A stretch of 63,976 bases of DNA, the filler included, from Conidiobolus incongruus B7586 (taxonomy: Eukaryota): the NCBI GenBank assembly GCA_000697335.1. It is 9 parts of 9 records of this genome, joined end to end, with 100 filler letters (N's around TTAATTAATTAA, not from the genome) between each part and the next. Parts side by side here need not be neighbours in the genome. Positions count along the whole stretch, not along the records: positions 1 to 21,072 come from JNEM01007117.1; positions 21,173 to 24,249 come from JNEM01007118.1; positions 24,350 to 29,366 come from JNEM01007120.1; positions 29,467 to 32,241 come from JNEM01007121.1; 5 more parts are not named here. One strand, given 5' to 3'. The notes under the pieces were generated by a model that saw only the letters and a list, made by a program, of their open reading frames with translations, did not search any database and had not been told where the DNA came from. A program made the position numbers and the translations under genes. Below are positions 20,560 through 32,241 of this stretch, in pieces (position 1 is the stretch's first letter; every line of letters begins with the position of its first letter).

Positions 20560-22467
20560 ATGAATAAACCAGAAAGTTTAGATACTATTCCTACTCTCTC
20601 AATATCAGGTGCTCATTTTACAGACACTGATACAAACAATAACCTATATTTCAGATGTATTAACTTTAGTGGTATTTCTAAACTGCCTAAAGGTTGGGCT
20701 TCTCATATCAAAGAAGGCGTTTTCGACTATGAAAAAATTAGTTTTGTAGATCGTCCTATCTCTCTAGAAGAAGCTGATAGTCACTTAAGTCGATTAAGCT
20801 ATTGGGGATTTAATGTACTAAGGTTGCTTGTTGTTTGGGAAGCTTTGGAGCCTCTTGGCCCGTAAGTATTTTAGTCAATAGTTTGTTCTGTATAGTAATT
20901 ATATATTATTTAGAGGCCATTATGATGAAGAGTTCATTGACTATTTGGTCAAATTAATTAAAATTATTAAAAAGCATAATATGAAAGTTTGGATAGATCC
21001 CCATCAGGATGTATGGTCGAGATTTAGTGGTGGTAGCGGTCATCCAGTTTGGACTTTTTACTTAGCAGGTCTNNNNNNNNNNNNNNNNNNNNNNNNNNNN
21101 NNNNNNNNNNNNNNNNTTAATTAATTAANNNNNNNNNNNNNNNNNNNNNNNNNNNNNNNNNNNNNNNNNNNNGTATGGGAATTGAAACTGAGATTGGTGT
21201 TTGGAAAATTACAATGTTAGGAATCAAGGAAGCTTATAAGAAAAAAATTAATCCTAATGGAGTCAAGGTCTGGCTTAAAAAAGAAGATATACCTTCAAGT
21301 GTTAAATTTGGCGACTGGCAGCCTTGGCAAGTCGATGGAAAATGCATTTGGGCTGAAAATGGAGTGTGGGATATTGAAACACAAAAACTCCTTCAACCTT
21401 ATTACTTCAGAAATAATCCCAAAACAAATAGACCTATCGATGTCATTAATGAATGTTGGAAACCATATTGCATTAAATATACTCAAGCCATCCGATCAGT
21501 TCAAAGTAATTTGATCATGTTATGGTCTCCTACTGTGTTTGATGTTCCTCCCAAAATCCTTCCTGAGGAGGAATCAGTTACCAATCAACTCGTCTATTCT
21601 CCTCACTGGTACGATATGGTAACATTAGGCCAACAGACTTTTGGTTGGGTTAATGTCGATGTACTAGGATTATATCGTAAATCATACTGGAGTACTATTC
21701 AGTCCTTAAGATTTGGAAATAATAGTATTCGAGCTTTGTTTAAAGATAATATTAATCTCTACTACAAAGAAGCCCAAGAGAATTTTAAAAATGGAATCCC
21801 TGTCATCATTGGTGAAACTGGGATTCCTTACAACTTGGACAACCACAAAGCATTTAAAACCGGTGATTATTCCAGTCAGATTTTAGCAATGGATTGTACT
21901 ATGAATGCGGTCGAACAGCCTAATATTATGAGCTGTATTTGGAATTATTCTCCATTCAATTCTCATGACTTTGGAGACTACTGGAATTTGGAAGACCTCT
22001 CTATTTACTGTAATGAAGAGGATAAAGAATCATCCACTGGATCGAAATCCAATACTCTATGGCTTAATCCAATCGATCGCGGAGGCAGAGCACTTGAATC
22101 AGTTATCCGACCTTATCCTACCCAAATTCCTGGAACCATCACTAAAAATTATTTCCAACCTCAGGCCATTTCTAAAAAGGGTCCTCAATATGAGTTCAGT
22201 TATACAGTCAATACTGGCGTTAAAACTGATGATTTAGTCTGTAAAATATTCATTCCTGTCCATCACTTTCCTCCCACTTCCAATGTGAAGGTGGAAGTTA
22301 ATAAAGGGTCATATGAAATTAAACAAGTTGATTTGGTTCAAAGCGATCTTAATCAAGAAGAATCAAACAAGCTAGTTAAGAGATATTTGATCTGGGGATT
22401 AAGACGTGATGAAGTAATTGATGGGGAAGAAGTTACACTAAACCTACAAGGCGATCCAGTTAATTGA
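20560..22467 (+). CDS. GH5 EGCrP-like glycosidase, copy B (interrupted by assembly gap 21073-21172)
   Basis: Exon 1 is 20560-20861, the intron 20862-20913, and exon 2 starts at 20914. Near-identical to copy C; by comparison with C the gap hides about 422 nt including the NEP codons. Confidence 0.9.
21073..21172. other. Assembly gap with artificial six-frame-stop linker; also at 24250-24349, 29367-29466, 32242-32341, 40444-40543, 50182-50281, 61043-61142 and 62759-62858
   Basis: The identical N44-TTAATTAATTAA-N44 block occurs eight times. Confidence 0.98.
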
Positions 22468-23569
22468 ATGCTTATTAATAAAGTTTAAGGTTAAATCAAA
22501 AGGTCTTAATAATTATCGATAACATTTCGGGATTTCTTTTATGATCAAAATTTCAGATTAAACTGCTATTAAATCTGTTTAAATAATCTATATATCAGTC
22601 ATACAGTAGATAAATGATATTAATATATATTTAAATTTTATAATTTGATTAATTATATATTTTCCTTGTTTATTTATCTCAAAGACTATCTTAGTATATT
22701 TGAACTTTAATTTTTATATATAATATTGAATTAATTTTCATGATTTTATATATTATCCCCAAAGTATTAGTTTTTATTTTTCATTTCTAATTTTATAATC
22801 TATCTAACAAAGTAAAAATGAATGTATTATATTAGAATGAAATCAGTATTCATATTAAATAATTTCAAAATATTAAATACAAAATTAAATAAAAATATTA
22901 ATATATGAATTATATAATAATATATAATTTAAAATTGATATTTTATTTATTATTAATAAATCTTTATCATATTTTGGGCATGCTTTTAATATTAAAAGAT
23001 GCAGTTTTTTTATTTATAACTAAAATTTAATATTTAATAAATGAATTTTATTCATATATAGGAGTTTTTTTCTTAAAAATATATTTTTTAATTATATAAA
23101 ATAATTAAAATCAAATCAGTTATATATTGATAAATATACTATATAAGACAACTTTCTTTTATATTATATATGTTGTAAAACTCGATCGTTTACATTTCCA
23201 TAGGGTTCTGGATGGCTGAGATCAACTTTGGGGTTAGTGTCGTGTGAAGTCATTCTATCAAAAAAGGAAAATACTGTCAATTCTTCTTGTATGTGAGTTT
23301 GATTAAATTGTTAAATATAAAAAAAAGATGTTCTTTATTATTCAAAATATAAAATTTGCTTTTATATTGCAACTTTCTACTACTAAAATATCAGATACTT
23401 TTTATCAATGTATCATCTATTAACATAAACATGCTTAAATTATATGACTTATAAATACAACAATATATAAATTTTTTTATAATATTAATATATTTCATAA
23501 TTATTATATAAAATTATTGATTTATAATTAAAATACCACTTAAAAATTAAATTATTTATATAAGTATAG

Positions 23570-23947
23570 TGGTAGTTAAACCAATGTAGTATAGAGGAAA
23601 ACTTAATATAAAAGTAATATGGCATGGAATATGATAATATAGTGTGGGAAGGTAAACAAAGTTTAATTAAGCTTCAAACTGAGATAAGTCATTGATATAT
23701 TAAGATTTATATTAGGTAGTACCAATATACTATAATATTGACAGAATATAGTCTCAATTTTAGAAATAATATAAAAGATAAGAAATAATAAGAATTAAGA
23801 GGAAAAAGAGGGACTTTGTTTATTAAACAATTCAATGCTATTTATATAATTAATTTAGCTATAAAAATATAAATTAATTATATAATATATAGTTAATTGA
23901 ATTATATAGAAATATATATAAGAATTTAGAGAACTAGTCTCTTAACA
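23570..23947 (-). mobile_element. LTR-like repeat, inverted copy of 63592-63976; may extend left to TGTTAA at 23309 or TGTTG at 23171
   Basis: About 380 bp collinear with the reverse complement of the window end. Homology stops within a few nt of ...GTCTCTTAACA, which is TGTTAAGAGAC on the other strand and looks like an LTR terminus. Confidence 0.7.
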
Positions 23948-24349
23948 ATTTATAAAAATATGATAAAACTTTTTATTAATTAAATTTCTTTAAATATCTT
24001 AATAAAAATATATATATCATTATATTATATTATAATAATTAATATATGTCTTTAAATATAAAATTTATTCATAAAAAACTATAAAAATAATTAATTTATT
24101 TTAATTTAATATTTAATTTTTTTAACTAATATCTATATAAAAGGATTTTTTAATTCTAAAATTTTGAGTATAATATAATATAATATAAAAAACTATATTT
24201 TTTATTTTTTATTAAGCTTTATTTAAATATATTTATTTTAATAATTTTTNNNNNNNNNNNNNNNNNNNNNNNNNNNNNNNNNNNNNNNNNNNNTTAATTA
24301 ATTAANNNNNNNNNNNNNNNNNNNNNNNNNNNNNNNNNNNNNNNNNNNN

Positions 24350-24602
24350 TAACAAATTATATATATATAAAATTGGAAAAAGCTACCATATTTGATATAT
24401 ATATATATTAGATTATTAACAATATAAATGTATTTATATTAAAAAATTAGAAAAAAATATTTATAGGAAAAATAATTCTTATCAATTAATTAAATTAATT
24501 TTAAATCATCAAGAATTAATTTGTAATAAAATGAATTATTTTTTAAATATTAAAAACTTTCCAAAAGTACAATAATAAGTTATTAATAGTAAAGGGAATT
24601 AA
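24350..24602 (+). mobile_element. mariner transposase C-terminal fragment (relic)
   Basis: Translates NWKKLPYLIY and IKNFPKVQ**VINSKGN*, homologous to 41400-41633. Confidence 0.6.
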
Positions 24603-25819
24603 TAATTTTATTTTTTATATTAATATGTTTATTTATTATTAATATCAAAAAAGCCTTATAATTGAAAATCCAAAATTAAAACTTGGTATAATTTTAATAA
24701 AATTGAATATTTAAGAAATTATAATAATTAATAATTTGATTTGATTTGCCACAATATATAGGTATAATATAGCCATATATAAGATATATATAATTGAGTA
24801 ATATAAGTTAATTTTCTATATTTGCTTTTATTTAGAAATTTTTTAATATATTCAAAATACTAAACTCAAAATGATTTCATAATTATTTAACTAAAATCAA
24901 TATTAAATATATATAATAAAAAAAATCTTTGAAGCAATGGTAATTATTATTTTTGAAGCTATTTTGATTTATTTAATCAATTTAGAGTTATGTAAGATCA
25001 TAATTAATTAATCAAACAAGTTGAAAAATTGTGATGAACATATCCAAAATATTTTCAAATTCAAACATTAAATTTAAAGATTTTTCTCTTTTGGAATCAG
25101 CTTGATTTACTAAGTTTCAGTTTGATATTGAAAATAAATTTAAAATTCATAGCGTTATAATAATATATAATTTACACGAATTTTAATTTAAAATCATGAA
25201 GCATACTGATTTCTTCTAAAATTAAATTAATAATTATATTTCATATTTCAAAATTATTTATATATCCATATTTATATAACGAATATTAGTAATTGAATTT
25301 ATTTAGAAATTTTAACTTGAAATTATATTATATCCAAATTTGATATTTTTTAAGTAGGATTTTTTTGATACAAAATGATTATTTTTTTTAACTAATAATT
25401 CTATAAGCGTTTCGTAATTTAAATTAAAACAGTTTGATTCATATATTATAAAATTAATAAATAATTATTTTCATTATATTTGTTTGAATGCATATATATT
25501 TTAATAATATTATATTTTTTGCTAATAAAACTATGAATTATAATTATTATATATATTTATAATTTATATTATTTAATAATTTTTAAATAAAATAATTTAA
25601 AAAAGACTAAAAAAGTAGTAGACGAAAAAAATAAATTGAATATTTTATATATAAAAGTGTTAATAATTAAATAAGGTTTATTATTGGATATTTAATCAAT
25701 TATATAACATTTCAATTCAAAACTTAAATAATCGGTAGAGTATCCAACTTCTCAAACATCTCTTGTCCTCTTTGATTTAAAAAATTTCTATAGATTTAGT
25801 TTTTTCATTAATATAAGAA

Positions 25820-28049
25820 ATGCCTCAAGAAGATTGTTTAGATACTATTCCTACTCTCTCAATATCAGGTGCTCATTTTACAGACACTGATACAAACAAT
25901 AACCTATATTTCAGATGTATTAACTTTAGTGGTATTTCTAAACTGCCTAAAGGTTGGGCTTCTCATATCAAAGAAGGCGTTTTCGACTATGAAAAAATTA
26001 GTTTTGTAGATCGTCCTATCTCTCTAGAAGAAGCTGATAGTCACTTAAGTCGATTAAGCTATTGGGGGTTTAATGTACTAAGGTTGCTTGTTGTTTGGGA
26101 AGCTTTGGAGCCTCTTGGCCCGTAAGTATTTTAGTCAATAATTTGTTCTGTATAGTAATTATATATTATTTAGAAGCCATTATGATGAAGAGTTCATTGA
26201 CTATTTAGTCAAATTAATTAAAATTATTAAAAAGCATAATATGAAAGTTTGGATAGATCCCCATCAGGATGTATGGTCGAGATTTAGTGGTGGTAGCGGT
26301 CATCCAGTTTGGACTTTTTACTTAGCAGGTCTCAATCCCCAATATTTTGAAGAAACAGCTGCAGCAATTACTCATTTTCAATTCCATGATAGACCTCGAG
26401 ATTTGCCAAAGATGATATGGCTTACTAATTATGAAAAACTAGCATCAGCAACTATGTTTACATTGTTCTTTGGTGGTGAATTATTTGCTCCTAAATGTAC
26501 ACTTAAACTTGGTGATAATTATGTGAATATTCAAGAATATTTACAAACACATTACATTAACGCATACGCCCATTTAGCTAAGCGATTCTTGAATGAAGGA
26601 TTGCTTGGAGATGTTGTAATAGGGTTTGAGACGATGAATGAGCCCAATTATGGGTATCTTGGCTATGATAAAAAGTTAGGTGAATATCGTACTGATGGGA
26701 TGAGCTCTTCTAGAGTGGGTAATTCTCCGAACTGTTTCGAAGCTTTGAAACTTGGTATGGGAATTGAAACTGAGATTGGTGTTTGGAAAATTACAATGTT
26801 AGGAATCAAGGAAGCTTATAAGAAAAAAATTAATCCTAATGGAGTCAAGGTCTGGCTTAAAAAAGAAGATATACCTTCAAGTGTTAAATTTGGCGACTGG
26901 CAGCCTTGGCAAGTCGATGGAAAATGCATTTGGGCTGAAAATGGAGTGTGGGATATTGAAACACAAAAACTCCTTCAACCTTATTACTTCAGAAATAATC
27001 CCAAAACAAATAGACCTATCGATGTCATTAATGAATGTTGGAAACCATATTGCATTAAATATACTCAAGCCATCCGATCAGTTCAAAGTAATTTGATCAT
27101 GTTATGGTCTCCCAATGTATTCGATGTTCCCCCCGAAATCCTTCCTGAGGAGGAATCAGTTACCAATCAACTCGTCTATTCTCCCCATTGGTATGATTGC
27201 GTAACATTAGGTCAACTAACTTTTGGGTGGTTTAACACTGATGTACTAGGATTATATCGTAAATCATACTGGAGCGCTATTCAGTCCTTAAGATTTGGAA
27301 ATAAGAGTATTCGTAATTTATTTAAAAATAATATCAAATTAATTTATGACGAATCTCAAGAAAGTTTTAAAAATGGAATCCCTGTCATCATTGGTGAAAC
27401 AGGTATTCCTTATAATATGAATAATGGCAAAGCATTCAAAACTGGTGATTACTCCAGTCAGATTTTAGCAATGGATTGTACTATGAATGCGGTCGAACAG
27501 CCTAATATTATGAGCTGTATTTGGAATTATTCTCCATTCAATTCTCATGACTTTGGAGACTACTGGAATTTGGAAGATCTTTCTATCTATTGTAATGAAG
27601 AGGATAAAGAATCATCCACTGGATCGAAATCCAATACTCTATGGCTTAATTCAATCGATCGCGGAGGCAGAGCACTTGAATCAGTTATCCGACCTTATCC
27701 TACCCAAATTCCTGGAACCATCACTAAAAATTATTTCCAACCTCAGGCCATTTCTAAAAAGGGTCCTCAATATGAGTTCAGTTATACAGTCAATACTGGC
27801 GTTAAAACTGATGATTTGGTCTGTAAAATATTTATTCCTGTCCATCACTTTCCTTCCACTTCCAATGTGAAGGTGGAAGTTAATAAAGGGTCATATGAAA
27901 TTAAACAAGTTGATTTGGTTCAAAGCGATCTTAATCAAGAAGAATCAAACAAGCTAGTTAAGAGATATTTGATCTGGAGATTAAGACGTGATGAAGTAAT
28001 TGATGGGGAAGAAGTTACACTAAACCTACGAGGCGATCCAGTTAATTAA
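25820..28049 (+). CDS. GH5 EGCrP-like glycosidase, copy C (complete)
   Basis: Exons 25820-26121 and 26174-28049. The TMNEP acid/base and IIGETG nucleophile motifs are intact. Confidence 0.94.
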
Positions 28050-28699
28050 ATCCTTTAATTTATAAATCAAATGTAAAAACATTTTCCAAGTTATTATATG
28101 ATTTCCTTATATAACAAAATTTTTCGCAATCTAATTTTAAAACTAAAAAATGAAAGAAAATTTTTAAATATTAAAATAACCTCAATAAATATTAATATTA
28201 TTGATTATTTGATATATTAAATTTTAAATTTTTATTAATACTTCGCTTATTATTCTTTGAATAATTTACGAATTCAAATAACTCATATAAATGTTAAATC
28301 GGAAAATTTTTATAGTAAATTACATAATTTTCAAATTAAGTTTTAAATAATATATCAATATATTTTAATATAAAATTCTAATTAAATTGATTTAATATAA
28401 TATTAAAATAAGAATGTGAATTATGAAAATTTTTAAAATTAGCAAAAATTTTGTATAAAATCTTTTGGATGACATAATCAAATGCATTTATATAATCTAA
28501 ATTTATTAGTATGGAAATTAAGATATGGCAAATTTTTTATTTTTTGATCTTTCAAACATATTATAAGTTATAAAAGATTATTTATATATGAAATATATAG
28601 GAAAATAAATATTTTCAAACTATATATATATATATACATTCAATTATAATTAATCTATTATTAAAATATTTTTATTTTAAAATTTAAAGTTAAATTTAA

Positions 28700-29366
28700 T
28701 TATATTTGAATTTAATAATGATTATCAAAAGGTTTTTATTTTTATATCCTTAAAACTTAAGTATAAACCCACTAAAATTATCTAAAACTTGTAAACAGCT
28801 TATAAAGATGATGCTTTATCTAAAACCACCATATATTACTAAATTGTGATTTTAAAGCTAGAAAAAATATTATTCAAAATTTATTAAAATTTAAAAAATT
28901 AATTTCTATTAAAATTTATTTATATATTAATAAAATAAGAAAATATATGAACAAATAACTTTTCAATTTATTTGAAAAATTATTAAAATAATTTAATGTT
29001 ATCTATATAAGTATATAATATATATTTGAATTTAAACTTAATTTTTTAATAAAAATATAAAATAAATATTATTTAATTTAATAAAAACTTAAAATTAAAA
29101 TAATTATAGCTAAACTAAACATATTAAAATATAATCAAAAATAAAGGTTTTTATAATAAATACTTATAATTAATGGATATTAAATTCTTTTACTCAGGTT
29201 CTTATTAAAAAAACAAGATATTAAATTTAGCTAAATTAATCCTTATTATAAATTTTAATAAATAAATAATTTGAATATTAATAAATATGAATTATTATAA
29301 AAAATTATAATAATATATAATTTTTTTATTCAATATCTTTAAAAAACATTTAAAATTAAATTTTAT
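28700..29366 (+). mobile_element. mariner transposase relic, N-terminal two thirds
   Basis: Translates YQKVFIFISLKLKYKPTKII*NL*TAYKDDALSKTTIYY*I, compared with the mariner HTH AYGDDALSxTTVxxW. Collinear with 40603-41260. Confidence 0.7.
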
Positions 29367-29466
29367 NNNNNNNNNNNNNNNNNNNNNNNNNNNNNNNNNN
29401 NNNNNNNNNNTTAATTAATTAANNNNNNNNNNNNNNNNNNNNNNNNNNNNNNNNNNNNNNNNNNNN

Positions 29467-30155
29467 TTATTTAAAAAAATATAAAGTTTACTATTAATTA
29501 ATTTTTTTTAAAAATTAAATAAAAATATTATATATTATTATAATTTATTATAATAATTAACATTCACCTATCAGTAAAGTATTTATTTAAAAGAATTTAT
29601 AAAGGGGGTTGATTTAACTTCATTTAATATTTTGAATTATATTTTAATAAAGGATTATATAAAAGAACTTAAGATTTATTAATTATAATAATTTATTATA
29701 AAAGGTTTGATTTTTAACTATATCTTAATAAATTCTGTTTAATAATTACTACTTAATTTTTTAAGCTTTAATTAAATTATAAGGTATTTATTTTATATTT
29801 TTATTAATTAGTTTTAATTTAAACTTTAATATATATAAAATACTTATATAACTAATATTATAGTATCTTGATAATTTTTTAATTAAAATAAAAAAAATAT
29901 TTTTTAATATATTTTTTTATTTTTTTAATAATTAAAAAAGTAATAATTGAAACTAATCTTTTAAACTTTAATATATTTTAGGTAGTTTCTTTTTTAACTT
30001 TAAATTAATTTATTTAGCTATAAATTATTAATTTAAATAATATTTTATTATTAAAAGTTTCTTGTAAATATTAAATTATTTTAAAAGATTTATGGTTAAG
30101 TTTAAATAACATTAGAATAAAAAGGTTTTGATAGTTATTATAAGTATTATAACAT
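29467..30155 (-). mobile_element. mariner transposase relic (N-terminus to past the first Asp; cut by a gap)
   Basis: The reverse complement aligns with 40603-41295. It contains K*IPYNLIKA*K, a decayed WVPHxL motif. Confidence 0.75.
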
Positions 30156-30740
30156 TTACTACTTAATTAATACTTTTCCTTATTTTAATTTACTATTAAA
30201 GACTTAATTATCTAAATTAAGTTTTATCAATATTTTACAAATCTTTATATTTAAATAACTTTATTGTTACTTAACCTTATATACTTATGTGTATATATTT
30301 TATTTAACTATAAGAAAAACTTAAATATTTCTCTCTAGCTTAAACTTTAACTTATATTACTTCTTACACAAATAAACCTTTTGTTTAACTATTAATATAT
30401 TTCTTATTATTATTAGTTAATACTTTAATATTAAAAGATTTAGTTATTATATATTTCTTAAGATATTAAAAAACCTACTTCTTTTACCCTTAACTATTAT
30501 TATTTACTTATATAGTAGCAGTGATTAAAAAGATCTAAAAGTACTTTTATTACTATAATTGAAAATTTTATAATTATAACCTATTATTCTATATATAACT
30601 AAAATAAGATAAACACTTAAAGTTTTAGTGGCAATAACTATTATTTTATTTGTTAATAAGATTTTATCAATACCAATAATACTTTTATTAAATATAGATT
30701 GAAATTAAGATAAACCTAGTAGATTAACTACATTAACCTA

Positions 30741-32241
30741 CAAAAGTGAGTCATAAAATCAAAAACACCTATATTTTTACTAATAACTTAATTAATATTT
30801 AATAAAATAGACCTAAATTAAATAATTAAAATCTATTATATTTATTAGTTATATATATCATTAAATGATGATATTTAGCTATTAATTAGCTAAAATATAA
30901 ACTTTTAAATTTTACCTAAGGTGAGTCATAAATTTACAGGTTTTTGGTGATAAAAAAAATTAAAACCTAGTGTATCTACCTTTAGCTTTTCTAACTTCTT
31001 TAAGTTTATAGGGTATAGAATCAATTAACTTCTTACACTAAAAAGGGTTAATCTTGTTCTATACTTCTTAAATATATTCTTAAAGTTAATCTAAATTTTT
31101 TGCTGGGGGGAAAGCTTTAATAACTTTTTTTAACTAATCCTAAAGGTGTTCAATTAGATTAAAGTTAAAAGATTAAAGAGGCTACTTTATAACTGTTATT
31201 TTGTTATTTTTAAGCTATTTGGTAGTAGAAGTTATAATATAACAAGAGGTATTATCTTACTAGAAAATAATATTAGATTTGTTTAACCTATATTATTTAA
31301 TGGTTTTTTTAATTTATTATTTAGAATACTTTAGTATATTTCAATATTAATTCCCTTATTAACTTTATAAAGATACTTTACACCTAAAGACAATATACAT
31401 CCCTAAACAATAATTAACCTACTATTATACTTTTAGGTAAAATTAACATAATAGTTATAAAGTAGTTTTATATCTTTTTTAAAGTATTTAGCTTTTTTAT
31501 TAAATTTATTAAAGTATATTTTTGTTTCATTAAACTAAATAACCTTACTTTAATTAGTTTTAATTTAATATTAGTGGTGACATTTAAACTCTTACCTAGT
31601 TTTACAGTAGGATTTTTTTAGTTGGGGGTGTTTTTTCTTAAAGTGTAAGTGGTATCTATGCTAACATAAAACACATATAATAGTATTAATGTTAACTAAT
31701 ATTCTTATATAGTTTTATAGTTCCTGCTATATTTCTACAGCAGTACTATACTTGCTTATATTAACTAACCTATAGATATACTTCTTATTATGTTCATTTA
31801 TAATTTTAACACACTTAAGTTTAAGTTTAAATGTTTTTTTATTGCTATTCTTAATAACCTTAGCTATAATAAACTAGCTAACACTAGTAATTCTAGCAAT
31901 ATTATAAGTTGATTTACCTTTTTTATAAAGTTAATTAATACACAAGTAGATTTTTTTAGAGAGGGATTTAGGTATAATAATACTAATAAAAAAAATTTAG
32001 TATATCTGTAAAATATTATATAAAATAATAACAAAGAGAGAAAAAAGATATGGTTATATATTGTTAAATATATCCCCTTATCTCAAAAACTCACAAATTT
32101 ATAATTTATCTTAGTTAAATATTAAAAATTAATATTTTTGCTAATAGTTTACTAAATATATCTAAATATATATATTTATTATTAAATAATATACCATAAT
32201 TATATATTATAATTTTAAGTAATCTAATATATATAATTGTT
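30741..32241 (-). mobile_element. Tc1-family DNA transposon (DD34E) with long IR/DR-type TIRs; transposase relic at 31975-30960
   Basis: About 338 codons with one 1-nt frameshift in a T run at ~31305: (M)PKSLSKKI..GKSTYNIARITSVS*..KKKHPQL..N*SKVI*FNETKI..KYNSRLIIV*GCI..IIF**DNTSCY..K*PL*SFNFNLIEHL*D*LK..LIDSIPYKLKEVRKAKGRYTRF*. There are 34 residues between D (31254-56) and E (31149-51). The TIR starts after TA at 30739-40 and 30860-30955 matches 32078-32170 inverted; the other end lies in the gap. Confidence 0.92.

Noticed and set aside
21117..21128. TTAATTAATTAA repeated eight times at intervals
   Set aside because: It is always centred in 100-nt N blocks, so it is an artificial gap linker with stops in all frames, not biology.
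30747..30753. TGAGTCA AP-1/Gcn4-type sites at 30747 and 30922
   Set aside because: Explained as the transposase-binding direct repeats of the Tc1 TIR.
30960..31975. Alternative genetic code (TAA/TAG reassigned) as an explanation for the stop-riddled frames
   Set aside because: Host genes end in TAA/TAG and have no internal stops. The relic stops replace both Trp and Gln and come with missense transitions at catalytic residues.
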